Shown piece by piece: positions 44,912 through 53,752 of a DNA stretch of 64,000 nt. The notes under the pieces were generated by a model. It saw nothing but the letters and a program-made list of their open reading frames with translations, was not told where the DNA came from and did not search any database. Made by a program: the position numbers and the translations under genes. How positions within the stretch are numbered: position 1 is the first letter of the stretch; each line of letters begins with the position of its first letter. The stretch is taken from the IMG/VR virus record IMGVR_UViG_3300050581_000221; one strand, written 5' to 3'. Source of the DNA: a virus.

Positions 44912-46224
44912 AGCTGACCAAGAAAAGGGTTGAGAAGATCAAGCAGGCCATCGTCGAAGGCGTCACACAGCCCGACATCGCCAAGCGGTTCCAGGTCAGT
45001 CGGTCCATCGTGTCTGACATCGCCACGGGCCGGGTCCACAAAGACGTGGCGTGGCCGGGCGGCGAGCCGCCGAAGCCGAAGCGGGCTGGCGGCCAGCACA
45101 AGACCCTCCCGGACTACGACCCCACCGACAAGCGGGTTTTGGAGTTGGAGGCCGAAATCGTCCACCTCACGGAGGAGCGGAACCGAGAGCGGCAAAAGGT
45201 CAAGGCCGGAGCGAAGATCGCTGGGCTGTTCAAGGCCGTCGTTGCTGAGATGGAACAGCGTGTCAAGCCGGTTGAGCCGCTGCCGCCTGCTTTTGAATAC
45301 CGCCGCAAGGCGCAGATCGTCGAGCATTGCGTCATGCACCTGTCGGACGGCCACCACGATCAAGTCGTGCGGCCGGAGGAGGTCGGCGGTCTGGAAGACT
45401 ACAACTTCCCGGTCTCGTGCTGTCGGGCCGAACGGTACGTCAACACAGTCGTGGAGTGGACCCAAGACACCTTGGCCCCGAAGTTCTACTTCCCCGTGCT
45501 CTGGGTCTTGGCCTACGGCGACTTCACCAGCGGGGAAATCCACAAGGCGTGCGAGCGCAGCTACTACCGCAATCAATTCAAGAACTGCCTCGCCATCGGC
45601 CAACTTCATGCCTTGATGTACCGCGACCTGGCCGCTCACTTCGAGGAGGTTCACGTCTTGTACCTGGCCGGCAACCACGGCCGGCGCACTCCCAAGAAGG
45701 ATTACCTCGGCGCACACGACAACTGGGACTATCTCGTCGGTGAAGTCGCCCGACTGCATTGTCGTAGTGTGGAGAATGTCCACTTCACGATTCCCGATGC
45801 CTGGAGCGCCAACGTCAACATCAACGGCGTCGGCTTCAACATCGCGCATGGCGACGACGTGCGGAGCAACCTGGGCATCCCCTGGTACGGGATGGTCCGC
45901 CGGCAGAAGGGTCTGATCGCCCTGGGCGCGGCGGCCGGTGCCCAGCGATGCCGCTACTTCTGTGTCGGCCACCATCATGCCGCCAGCGTCCTTTCGGATG
46001 TGGACGGCGAACTGCTGGTCAATGGCTCGTGGGTCGGCACCGATGCCTTCGCCTACAACGCCCTGTCCGGCTACCGAGAGCCGTCGCAATGGCTCCACGG
46101 CGTCAATCCCAAGCACGGCATCACCTGGCGGATGAACTGCAAGCTGCGCCACGAGAACGAGAAACATGGCCCCAAGCGCTACCTGATCGACGGTGGCCGC
46201 GACGTGGGACCGCTGAAGACCTGA
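44908..46224 (+). CDS. HTH domain fused to a calcineurin-like metallophosphoesterase
   Basis: RBS AAGAGGAAA; N-terminal HTH QPDIAKRFQVSRSIVSDIATGR; phosphoesterase motifs MHLSDGHHD, GDFT, GNHGRR, AHGDD, GHHH. Confidence 0.6.
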   Translation: MKLTKKRVEKIKQAIVEGVTQPDIAKRFQVSRSIVSDIATGRVHKDVAWPGGEPPKPKRAGGQHKTLPDYDPTDKRVLELEAEIVHLTEERNRERQKVKAGAKIAGLFKAVVAEMEQRVKPVEPLPPAFEYRRKAQIVEHCVMHLSDGHHDQVVRPEEVGGLEDYNFPVSCCRAERYVNTVVEWTQDTLAPKFYFPVLWVLAYGDFTSGEIHKACERSYYRNQFKNCLAIGQLHALMYRDLAAHFEEVHVLYLAGNHGRRTPKKDYLGAHDNWDYLVGEVARLHCRSVENVHFTIPDAWSANVNINGVGFNIAHGDDVRSNLGIPWYGMVRRQKGLIALGAAAGAQRCRYFCVGHHHAASVLSDVDGELLVNGSWVGTDAFAYNALSGYREPSQWLHGVNPKHGITWRMNCKLRHENEKHGPKRYLIDGGRDVGPLKT

Positions 46225-46237
46225 CTCGGAGCAGATC

Positions 46238-46411
46238 ATGCCAGTCCATCGAACTACGAAGAACGGGAGGCCGGCGTTTCAGTACGGTGCTACAGGCGCC
46301 AAGTACACCTACGTGCCCGGCAACACCGCGAGCCGCGACGCCGCCAAGAAGAAAGCCATCAAGCAGGCACTCGCCATTGCACGTCGCACTGGCAAGCCTG
46401 CCCACCTGTAA
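46238..46411 (+). CDS. Small basic protein (57 aa)
   Basis: Not in the ORF track (below 60 aa); K/R-rich C-terminus KKKAIKQALAIARRTGK. Confidence 0.35.
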   Translation: MPVHRTTKNGRPAFQYGATGAKYTYVPGNTASRDAAKKKAIKQALAIARRTGKPAHL

Positions 46412-46428
46412 GCCGAAAGGACACCCCT

Positions 46429-46578
46429 ATGGCACGCAAGGCGACCGCCAACATGCCCATGACGATGAAGCCGGCCGCGATGCCGATGAAGCCGGCAACG
46501 ATGGCGTCCATGATGGGCGTTTCGACCACAAGGAAGGCTGCAAAGAAGCCAGCCGCGAAGCAAGGCCGTCGGAAGTAA
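46429..46578 (+). CDS. Small, very basic, Met/Pro/Lys/Ala-rich protein (49 aa), histone-like or DNA-condensing candidate
   Basis: RBS AAAGGA; MARKATANMPMTMKPAAMPMKPATMASMMGVSTTRKAAKKPAAKQGRRK. Confidence 0.35.
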   Translation: MARKATANMPMTMKPAAMPMKPATMASMMGVSTTRKAAKKPAAKQGRRK

Positions 46579-46844
46579 GTCGGCCTTGACCTGCGAGACG
46601 CTTATGGCCACATGCACGATCGAACATCATCGGGACGGAGAGTGCATCGCACGGTGGAAAGTGACCGAGCAGATGATCCAGCGCGAAGGCGACATGGCGA
46701 GGATCGTCTTTCCTCTGGGGCAGATCGTCCTGGCCAGCCACGACGAGCTTCACTTTTGTTTGCCAGAGAGCGTGCGAGTCCTGAGCGAGGTCCAACAACG
46801 GTGGAGTATCGCCGATTATGGCACTTCTATAAGGGGAAAGACTT

Positions 46845-47072
46845 ATGTTGAGCAAGTTGTGCTGGTGCTTCTGGCAACTGTTCCCTTGCACCTACCGGAC
46901 GTTCTATGCCGACGAATTCGGCCGCATCCATTTCGCCGTTTGGAAGATGTGGCTCGGCCGCTGCTACCGCGTCAACGACGTGATCGTGGATACGTTCACC
47001 ACGGCGCTTGACGAGACGTTACGGCTCCTGGAAGCCTTGTGCCACGCCGACCGGACGCCTGCGCCACGGTGA
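46845..47072 (+). CDS. Hypothetical small protein (75 aa)
   Basis: Strong RBS AAGGGGAAAG 5 nt upstream; an overlapping alternative ORF 46586..47011 is less convincing. Confidence 0.4.
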   Translation: MLSKLCWCFWQLFPCTYRTFYADEFGRIHFAVWKMWLGRCYRVNDVIVDTFTTALDETLRLLEALCHADRTPAPR

Positions 47073-47082
47073 AAACCGCTGC

Positions 47083-47157
47083 TGTAGCGTAGCTCAGTCG
47101 GTAGAGCGGGTGCCTGTTAAGCACTGGGTCGCTGGTTCGAGTCCAGCCGCTACAGCC
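47083..47157 (+). tRNA. tRNA-Asn (anticodon GTT)
   Basis: Cloverleaf folded by hand: acceptor TGTAGCG/CGCTACA, U8, D arm GCTC-AGTCGGTA-GAGC, anticodon arm GGTGC-CTGTTAA-GCACT, T arm GCTGG-TTCGAGT-CCAGC, discriminator G; CCA not fully encoded. Confidence 0.8.
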
Positions 47158-47176
47158 TCACTCCTGGAGAAATCCT

Positions 47177-47977
47177 ATGCCCATCTTCTGCGTGAGCGAT
47201 CTGCACCTCTGCGACCGTGGCTACCGCGACAACTTCGCGGTGGAAGGCCGGGAGGCCCGCTTCCACAAGTTCCTGGACTACGTGGAGGCTGAGGGTGGTC
47301 AACTCTATATCCTCGGCGACTTGTTCGACTGGTGGCAAGCCAATCTGAGCCGGTCGATGCGCGCCTATCAAGACCTGCTGACTCGGTTGGCGCACATGGG
47401 ACCGCTTGGGGCTGTGTGGGTCGTCGGCAACCACGACAACGCCTTGACCGATTTCATTGGCAGCACGGTCGGACTGCGGGGGCTTGAGTTGCCAGCCATG
47501 TCCAAGACGTTCGAGGCAACCATCGGCGGTCGGCGGTTCGCCTTCCTCCACGGCCACGAGTCCGACCCCTATTGCCGGGACGGCAACCCTGGCACCGGCG
47601 AGATCACCGCGATCATTTCCGGGCTGCTGGAAGACCGCAACCGAGGGCCGTTCACGACGGATCGCCATGCCGTCGAAGACCAGTTCGTGGGGACGTTGGA
47701 AGGAGCTTTGACCCTTTGGAGGAAGCTGACGCTCCAACATGGCCGCCTGGATGAAATGCTCGATGGCGTCGAGGCGTGGCGGAAGGAGGCTGGGGCCGAC
47801 GCAGTGGTCTACGGTCACACTCATGAGCCGGGCCACATCGGCGATTACCACTTCAATACCGGCACCTGGGCCAGGACAAACGACACCTTCGTCCGAATCA
47901 ACGATGACGGCCGCGCCGAGGTCTGGGAGTGGCTACCGAACAACCGGCCCGCGTTGTTTCCCCACGCTCTGCGATGA
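47177..47977 (+). CDS. Calcineurin-like metallophosphoesterase (Ser/Thr phosphatase or diesterase-like)
   Basis: Motifs CVSDLH, GDLFD, GNHD, FLHGHE, GHTHEPG; RBS CTGGAGAAA. Confidence 0.7.
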   Translation: MPIFCVSDLHLCDRGYRDNFAVEGREARFHKFLDYVEAEGGQLYILGDLFDWWQANLSRSMRAYQDLLTRLAHMGPLGAVWVVGNHDNALTDFIGSTVGLRGLELPAMSKTFEATIGGRRFAFLHGHESDPYCRDGNPGTGEITAIISGLLEDRNRGPFTTDRHAVEDQFVGTLEGALTLWRKLTLQHGRLDEMLDGVEAWRKEAGADAVVYGHTHEPGHIGDYHFNTGTWARTNDTFVRINDDGRAEVWEWLPNNRPALFPHALR

Positions 47978-48837
47978 ACCTACCGGAACTGGAACAGTAC
48001 AAGGCGTACTCCATCCCGGCGGCGGCCATCTATTACGACGCCGCCTTCAATTGCCGGGGCGAGTTCACGCTGCAATCCGTCAAGGAATTGGCCGAGAGCA
48101 TTGCCCAGGCTGGGCGGCTGATCTGCCCGGTCGCCGTGCAGCCGTGGACGACAAACCCAGGCTTTGAGTACCGGCTGATCGTTGGACACCGCCGCTTCCG
48201 GGCCGTGACCGAGTTCCTGAAATGGACCGAGATACCGGCCTACGTCTGCGGTGGGCTGAGCGACCATGAAGCCCGCATGTTGAACTTCGTGGAGAACCTG
48301 CAACGCAAGAGCCTCAATGTCCTGGAAGAGGCTCGCGCGATCGAGCATCTGTTTCCCGAAGGCGTGAGCGTGCGGGAGGCGGCCCGCGAGTTGAAGCAGC
48401 CCACGCGATGGGTTTGGATTCGCCGCCAATTGCTACGGATGCCCGCGGCCGTTCAGCAGAAAGCCGCCGCCGGCCTGTTGTCGCAATGGAACCTGGACAC
48501 GCTAGCGGGCATCGAGTCGGCCGACGAGCAGATCGCCGCGGCCGACAAGATTGCTGAGGCGCGTACGCGGGGCAAAGGGAAGTTTCTGCCCGGCCTCAAC
48601 AAGGCGTATAAACGCCGCCGAAGCGTCCGGCCGCGCGAGGAGATCAATCGCATGATCGAACGGCTGTTGGCCGCCGGCATCGGCGGCCTGCCGCCCCGTG
48701 TAGCGGCGTGGTGTGCGGGAGATGTCTCCGACGAGGAGTTATGGAAGGAAATTCAGGCCGCGGCTCCAGAAACCGGCACAGATTCGGTCCTACTGATAGG
48801 TGCATCGAATGAGTTCGTCAACGGCAAGGCTGGCTGA
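47974..48837 (+). CDS. ParB N-terminal domain protein (second ParB-like gene)
   Basis: Signature GHRRFRAV (ParB GERRxRA box) preceded by ICPVAVQPW...YRLIVG; ATGA overlap with the upstream gene. Confidence 0.6.
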   Translation: MNLPELEQYKAYSIPAAAIYYDAAFNCRGEFTLQSVKELAESIAQAGRLICPVAVQPWTTNPGFEYRLIVGHRRFRAVTEFLKWTEIPAYVCGGLSDHEARMLNFVENLQRKSLNVLEEARAIEHLFPEGVSVREAARELKQPTRWVWIRRQLLRMPAAVQQKAAAGLLSQWNLDTLAGIESADEQIAAADKIAEARTRGKGKFLPGLNKAYKRRRSVRPREEINRMIERLLAAGIGGLPPRVAAWCAGDVSDEELWKEIQAAAPETGTDSVLLIGASNEFVNGKAG

Positions 48838-49168
48838 GCCTGGGATCGACGTTCGGAGGCTGAAGCCGGAAACCACCATCCTCTTGGAAGCGGACCCTTA
48901 TCTCTATGAGATGCGGGCCGTGCATCCGGTCCACGGCATTGTGGAGATCAGTTCCAGCGACCCCGTGCTGCGGGTCGCCACCGTGGGGCAAGTGCTCCAC
49001 AGCGTCCATTGGTCGAGTCCGGCAGCGCCAAGGCCCCTGTGGATTGGCAAGGGCCTCGCCCTGGAGATCCGCTTCCGCAACGGCTTCTACCGCACGCAGC
49101 CAGTGACGGCCGCCAGCGTGCAAGGGAAACGGGAAGACGGCAGCCGTTGGTCCTACGAGGTCTTCTGA
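48809..49168 (+). CDS. Hypothetical protein (119 aa)
   Basis: ORF filling the space before the polymerase gene; start uncertain and overlaps the ParB-like gene. Confidence 0.3.
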   Translation: MSSSTARLAEPGIDVRRLKPETTILLEADPYLYEMRAVHPVHGIVEISSSDPVLRVATVGQVLHSVHWSSPAAPRPLWIGKGLALEIRFRNGFYRTQPVTAASVQGKREDGSRWSYEVF

Positions 49169-51832
49169 ATGAGCGATCGTCCGTCGAAACTCTACCTCGA
49201 TACGGAGACCTGCGGGCTGCACAGCATGATGGTGCTGTTGCAGTACGCCGTGGAAGATGGCCCAGTCACTTTGTACGAGGTCTGGCGGCGGCCCGTGAGG
49301 GAGACCCTCGCACTGATCGAATGGATATGCCGCCACACGGTCGTCGGCTTCAACCTGGCCTTCGATTGGTTCCACGTCTGCAAAACCTACACCATCTTCC
49401 GGCTCTGCGCCCCGGACTGGATTCCCGAGGAGCACATCGACGAGATCGCCATGCTGGAACCGCAGGGGCAGGACGGCCCGTGTGTCAAGCCGGCGGCGGC
49501 CCTGGACCTGATGCTTCACAGCCGCAAAGGCCCCTACCAGTCGCTCATGGCACGCGAGGACATTCGCATCAAGCGGGTGCCGACTGCGCTGGCCTACGCC
49601 TTGGCGCAAGAACTGGAGGCCCGAGTCCAGTTCGACAATATCTACTTCGCCAAGCGGGCCGACCCGGAAGCGCCCAAGTGGCAGGTTTTCGACCGCCACG
49701 ACTCGTTCGGGGATGTCGATACCGAGTTCAAGGATGTTGTCTTGAAGTTCAATCCGGCAGGCGGCCTCAAGTTCCTTGCCGAGCACGCCCTGAAGCTCAA
49801 GCCCAAGTATCACTACAAGGACGTGGAGCCGCCCCCCGCGTGGCGGCCCTATGAGCTGGGCTACGCGCCCACGGCTCTGGCCGTATCGAGTCCCGACAAG
49901 GGCTGGGTGATCGAAGCCGACGAAGAGGGCGGCAAGAAGGTCACGAAATACGCCTGGCCCGGCGTGATTCGCAGGTTCATCGACCATTGGGCCACTCGTG
50001 AAGACGCCCGCGAGTATGCCACCGACGACATCGTTTATACGCGCGCTCTGGACAAGCACTTCGGCTGCCCGGAACCGGGGGACAACGACTCCACCTTGGC
50101 CTGCATGGTGGCGGCAGTCCGCTGGCACGGCTTCACCATCAACCGCGAAGGGATCGCGGCCCTGAAGGCGAAAGCCGAAGCTACGGTGGCCGCCAGTCCG
50201 GTCAACATCAACAGGCCGGGCGAGGTCCGAGCTTACGTCACGGCGGTGATGGACGATACCGAGAAGGTGATTCTCGACGAGTCCACGAAGAAGGCCAACC
50301 TCGAAGCGATCAGCAAGTGGGGCGTCGGTCACTTGTGTCCGGAGTGCAAAGGAAAGGGCTATTTGGACAAGGAGACGGACATCTGCCCCCGGTGCAATGG
50401 CGCCTGTTATGTCGGTGAGCCGGAGCCGTGCGGCAGGTGTGAAGTAGCCATTCCACCACAATCGCTTCGCGTTCTCGGGCTGGAGCATGGAGGCAGCATC
50501 CAGACGATCGGCGCTGCGTATCGGCGTCTGGCCAAGCAATACCATCCCGACCATGGTGGCAATGCTGAGGATTTCAAGCGGCTTCAAGAGGCATTCGAGA
50601 CGGCAACTGCCAGTCTGGCAAATCGGGCGAAGTGCGCCCGTTGCGGCGGTACAGGCTTTCTGAAGGTGGGTCGTCATCCGGCTGCTGTCCGTGCCAAGGA
50701 AATCCTCGCGGTGAAATTCGCCGCCAAGGAGGTCGAGCTGTACGAAAAGCTGCTATTGGCCGGCAAGTTCCACGCCTCTTTCATCGTGATCGGCGCCCTT
50801 TCCTCGCGCATGGCGGGGGCGGACGGCCTGAATGCCCAGGGCATCAAGCACACCAAAGAAGTCCGCCAGATGTTCCCCTTGGCGTGGCCCGGATATGTGC
50901 TCTGTGGCGGCGACTTCAGTTCCTTCGAGGTGACGATCGCCGACGCCGTGTGCAACGACGAGGCCCTCCGCGCAGAGTTGATCGCGGGCCGGAAGATTCA
51001 CGCCTTGTTCGGCATGGCGATCTTCCCCGGCACGACCTACGAAGAGGTCAAGTCGAGCGACGGCAGCACGACCAACGACATGTACACCAAGGGCAAGCAG
51101 GGGTTCTTCGGCACGATGCTCTATGGCGGCGATCACAGCACCTTGGTCAACCGTCTGGGCATCAGCGAGGAAGTCGCCAAGCAGGCCATCGAGAGCTTTG
51201 GCCGCCGCTTTACGGGCGTCAAGAAGTGGCGAAAGCAGGTCGCCGACTCGTTCTGCTCCATGACTCAGCCCGGCGGCATCGGCACAAAGGTGGTCTGGAA
51301 GGAGCCGGCCGAATATGCCGAGACGATGCTCGGCTTCCGGCGCTATTTCACGTTGGAAAACCGCATCGCAAGGGCGATCTTCGACCTGGCCCGCAAGCCG
51401 CCGACACACTGGAAGGACTGCAAGGTCAAGGTGGTCCGCCGCGACCGCGTGCAGACAGCCGGCGGTGCCGTCTCGTCGGCCCTTTACGGCGCGGCCTTCT
51501 CGATGCAGGCGGCCAACATGCGGGCCGCTGCCAACCATGAGATCCAGTCGCCCGGTGCGGAAATCACCAAGCACGTTCAGCGGGAGATTTGGGACTTGCA
51601 GCCGGTCGGAGTGAACGATTGGCACATCGCCCCGATGAACATCCATGACGAGATCATGTGCGTCACGCGACCGGACATGGTTTCGAGCGTCACGGATGCG
51701 GTCCGCGAGTCGGTTGAGCGTTTCCGCCCCTACGTGCCGCTGATCGGGATGGATTGGAACGAGGAAATGGCGAACTGGGCGGAGAAGAAAAGCGGCACGA
51801 TCAAGATTCGCGCCCCGGAGATGATGAAGTGA
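49169..51832 (+). CDS. Family A DNA polymerase with 3'-5' exonuclease domain and an inserted DnaJ-like module (CxxCxGxG zinc finger plus J-domain)
   Basis: Exo I YLDTETCGL, Exo II GFNLAFDWF; Pol motif A CGGDFSSFEVTIADAV, motif B KGKQGFFGTMLYGG, motif C NIHDEIMCV; between the exo and pol parts: CPECKGKGY, CPRCNGACY, CGRCE, CARCGGTGF and a J-domain core LRVLGLEHGGSIQTIGAAYRRLAKQYHPDHGGNAEDFKRLQEAFE (HPD motif). Confidence 0.8.
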   Translation: MSDRPSKLYLDTETCGLHSMMVLLQYAVEDGPVTLYEVWRRPVRETLALIEWICRHTVVGFNLAFDWFHVCKTYTIFRLCAPDWIPEEHIDEIAMLEPQGQDGPCVKPAAALDLMLHSRKGPYQSLMAREDIRIKRVPTALAYALAQELEARVQFDNIYFAKRADPEAPKWQVFDRHDSFGDVDTEFKDVVLKFNPAGGLKFLAEHALKLKPKYHYKDVEPPPAWRPYELGYAPTALAVSSPDKGWVIEADEEGGKKVTKYAWPGVIRRFIDHWATREDAREYATDDIVYTRALDKHFGCPEPGDNDSTLACMVAAVRWHGFTINREGIAALKAKAEATVAASPVNINRPGEVRAYVTAVMDDTEKVILDESTKKANLEAISKWGVGHLCPECKGKGYLDKETDICPRCNGACYVGEPEPCGRCEVAIPPQSLRVLGLEHGGSIQTIGAAYRRLAKQYHPDHGGNAEDFKRLQEAFETATASLANRAKCARCGGTGFLKVGRHPAAVRAKEILAVKFAAKEVELYEKLLLAGKFHASFIVIGALSSRMAGADGLNAQGIKHTKEVRQMFPLAWPGYVLCGGDFSSFEVTIADAVCNDEALRAELIAGRKIHALFGMAIFPGTTYEEVKSSDGSTTNDMYTKGKQGFFGTMLYGGDHSTLVNRLGISEEVAKQAIESFGRRFTGVKKWRKQVADSFCSMTQPGGIGTKVVWKEPAEYAETMLGFRRYFTLENRIARAIFDLARKPPTHWKDCKVKVVRRDRVQTAGGAVSSALYGAAFSMQAANMRAAANHEIQSPGAEITKHVQREIWDLQPVGVNDWHIAPMNIHDEIMCVTRPDMVSSVTDAVRESVERFRPYVPLIGMDWNEEMANWAEKKSGTIKIRAPEMMK

Positions 51833-52140
51833 AGTACATCGACCGCTATGAGATCGAGTACCGGGATGGCGACGGCCCGTGGGAACGGGTCGCCGAGGTC
51901 TACCCGCAATATCGCTGGCGGACGGCTCGCACTTGGCTTCTCCTTGGGCTGGTTTGCCGGGCGAAGATCGTCAACAACGCCGAGGCCGCCGCGCTGCGGG
52001 CGCGGTGCGAGGCCACCGAGATTGCCCTGGGCCTGATCAAGGGCGATGCGCGGGAGCAATTCCGCATCTGGAAATGGCACCACAACGGCTGGTGGCTCAC
52101 CAGAGAGATCGACGGCGAGTTCAACGGAAGCCTGATCTGA
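51829..52140 (+). CDS. Hypothetical protein (103 aa)
   Basis: GTG start overlapping the polymerase stop; Trp-rich. Confidence 0.35.
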   Translation: MKYIDRYEIEYRDGDGPWERVAEVYPQYRWRTARTWLLLGLVCRAKIVNNAEAAALRARCEATEIALGLIKGDAREQFRIWKWHHNGWWLTREIDGEFNGSLI

Positions 52141-52538
52141 TGGGCAGCATCTGCCGGCCAAAGCACAGCCAGGAATGGCACATCCAGCAAGCGTTGATTG
52201 CCTTCCTCAAGACTCGGGGCTGGCACGTGGAGCGGATGATCGGCAACGCCTTTCAGATGGGCGTGCCCGACCTGTTCGTGGCGCATCCCAAATGGGGCCA
52301 GCGCTGGATCGACGTGAAACGGCCGGGCAAGAACTACAGCTTCACCAAGGCCCAAAAGCTGAAATGGCCGGTGTGGGAAGCCTTCGGCATCGGCATCTGG
52401 ATACTCACGGCTGCCACACAAAACGAATACGACAAGCTGTTCGCGCCGCCCAATTGGCGCGACTACTGGAAGGCGTCGTGGGGCAACACCCCTGACATCG
52501 ACGCCCTTCTGGACGAGCTAGACCGCGAAGGCTGGTAG
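52140..52538 (+). CDS. VRR-NUC domain nuclease (PD-(D/E)XK)
   Basis: ATGA overlap with the upstream gene; catalytic core GVPDLFVAHPKWGQRWIDVK (D...D/E-x-K). Confidence 0.6.
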   Translation: MGSICRPKHSQEWHIQQALIAFLKTRGWHVERMIGNAFQMGVPDLFVAHPKWGQRWIDVKRPGKNYSFTKAQKLKWPVWEAFGIGIWILTAATQNEYDKLFAPPNWRDYWKASWGNTPDIDALLDELDREGW

Positions 52539-52593
52539 CTCGCCGCCCTCTGCAATTCGCTTACGCCTCCAACTGCGGAGAAACCCTGCGCCT

Positions 52594-53091
52594 ATGGAGA
52601 TGCAACAACGTCCCGAGCCGTGGATGTGCATGCCCTTGGCCTTCGCGATGGCTCTGGACATGCCCGTCGCCGACCTGCTCGCCGCTATTGGCCACGACGG
52701 CAGCGAGATCGTCTTCCCGAGTCTTCCCGAGCCGCTCTGCCGCCGGTGCTTCCACATCCAGGAGCTAATCCAAGTTGCGCTGGCGCGCGGCTGCGCCGTC
52801 ACGCCAGTGGAACTGTTCCCTGTGCTACAGCCCACGGATGCCGGGCCGCACAAGACAGTGCTCTACCCGGACAACAACTGGCGACGGTTTGAGGAAACGA
52901 TCCGCGCCAGTCGCGGCGTGATTGACGGCACCGGCGCACGCCACGGCCACACGGTCGCCTACGACCATGGCCGCATCTTCGACCCGAAAGGCCCGGTCTA
53001 CGACTACTCCCGCCTCGGCTGCGAAGCCCACCAGTTCTACACCCGCTGCGCCTGGCGGATCGACCCCATCGGAGAACGCACCTGTGAGTAA
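52594..53091 (+). CDS. Putative papain-like cysteine peptidase (Cys ... His) of unknown specificity
   Basis: EPWMCMPLAFAMAL (candidate nucleophile) and HGHTVAYDHGRIFDP (candidate His/Asp); weak, pattern-level only. Confidence 0.3.
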   Translation: MEMQQRPEPWMCMPLAFAMALDMPVADLLAAIGHDGSEIVFPSLPEPLCRRCFHIQELIQVALARGCAVTPVELFPVLQPTDAGPHKTVLYPDNNWRRFEETIRASRGVIDGTGARHGHTVAYDHGRIFDPKGPVYDYSRLGCEAHQFYTRCAWRIDPIGERTCE

Positions 53092-53752
53092 TCAGTACAA
53101 CGATCTCCTTGTTTCGCAAATGAACAAGCCGCTGGACGCTGCCAAGAACGCTGAATTGTACCGCCGGATTGTGGCCGGCGATGCCGCCGCTCGTGAAGAG
53201 ATGATTGTTGGCAACATGCCGTTGGCTATCGCGAACGTCGAGAAGTTCATTCGTCGCGTCCCGCAGGCGGCCCATCTGCGCGACGATCTCGTGAGCGCTG
53301 CGTTCACCGGATTGGTGAAAGCTGTCAACGGCATGATGAAAGGCCACCGAGTCAAGAAGCCCGACAAGTGGAATCCTGCCTGCCACATAGGGACTTCGAT
53401 CAATCACGAGTTGAGCCGGGCAATCGAGGACGAGAACCCGATTCACCTGCCCCACGAATCGGAACGGTTGGCAAAGCGAAAAGGGCAGCCCATTGAGTTG
53501 CCCGAGATCGTCAACACCGTTCCTGAACGCTTCGAGGTTCCTTCCTACGAGAAGGAACTGGAGATGCGCGATCTGATCGAGTCCTGCTGCACGTGCGAGG
53601 AAGAACGAACGTTCGTGACCATGCGGGAGGCAGGCTACACGTTTGTAGAAATCGCGGCGGCCATCAACATGCCGCTCGCGTCCACTCACGCAATGGCTAA
53701 GAAGTTGAACGCTCGCGTGCAACGCAAGTTGGAGGCCCTGCGCGACGAATGA
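53084..53752 (+). CDS. Sigma-70 family RNA polymerase sigma factor
   Basis: Region 2-like ELYRRIVAGDAAAREEMIVGNMPLAIANVEKF...DDLVSAAFTGLVKAV; region 4 HTH FVTMREAGYTFVEIAAAINMPLASTHAMAKKLNARVQRKL; GTG start with RBS GGAGAA. Confidence 0.65.
   Translation: MSNQYNDLLVSQMNKPLDAAKNAELYRRIVAGDAAAREEMIVGNMPLAIANVEKFIRRVPQAAHLRDDLVSAAFTGLVKAVNGMMKGHRVKKPDKWNPACHIGTSINHELSRAIEDENPIHLPHESERLAKRKGQPIELPEIVNTVPERFEVPSYEKELEMRDLIESCCTCEEERTFVTMREAGYTFVEIAAAINMPLASTHAMAKKLNARVQRKLEALRDE

Noticed and set aside
43959-44933. 324-aa frame-0 ORF as an independent gene
   Set aside because: Only its middle part encodes recognisable motifs (the dcm motif IX region). It is better explained as part of the disrupted C5-MTase.
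46586-47011. 141-aa ORF overlapping the 46845 gene
   Set aside because: Weaker start context than the overlapping 75-aa ORF, which has a strong RBS; possibly real only in its first ~85 codons.
47083-47157. tRNA as a prophage attachment site
   Set aside because: No integrase or excisionase nearby, and phage genes continue on both sides.
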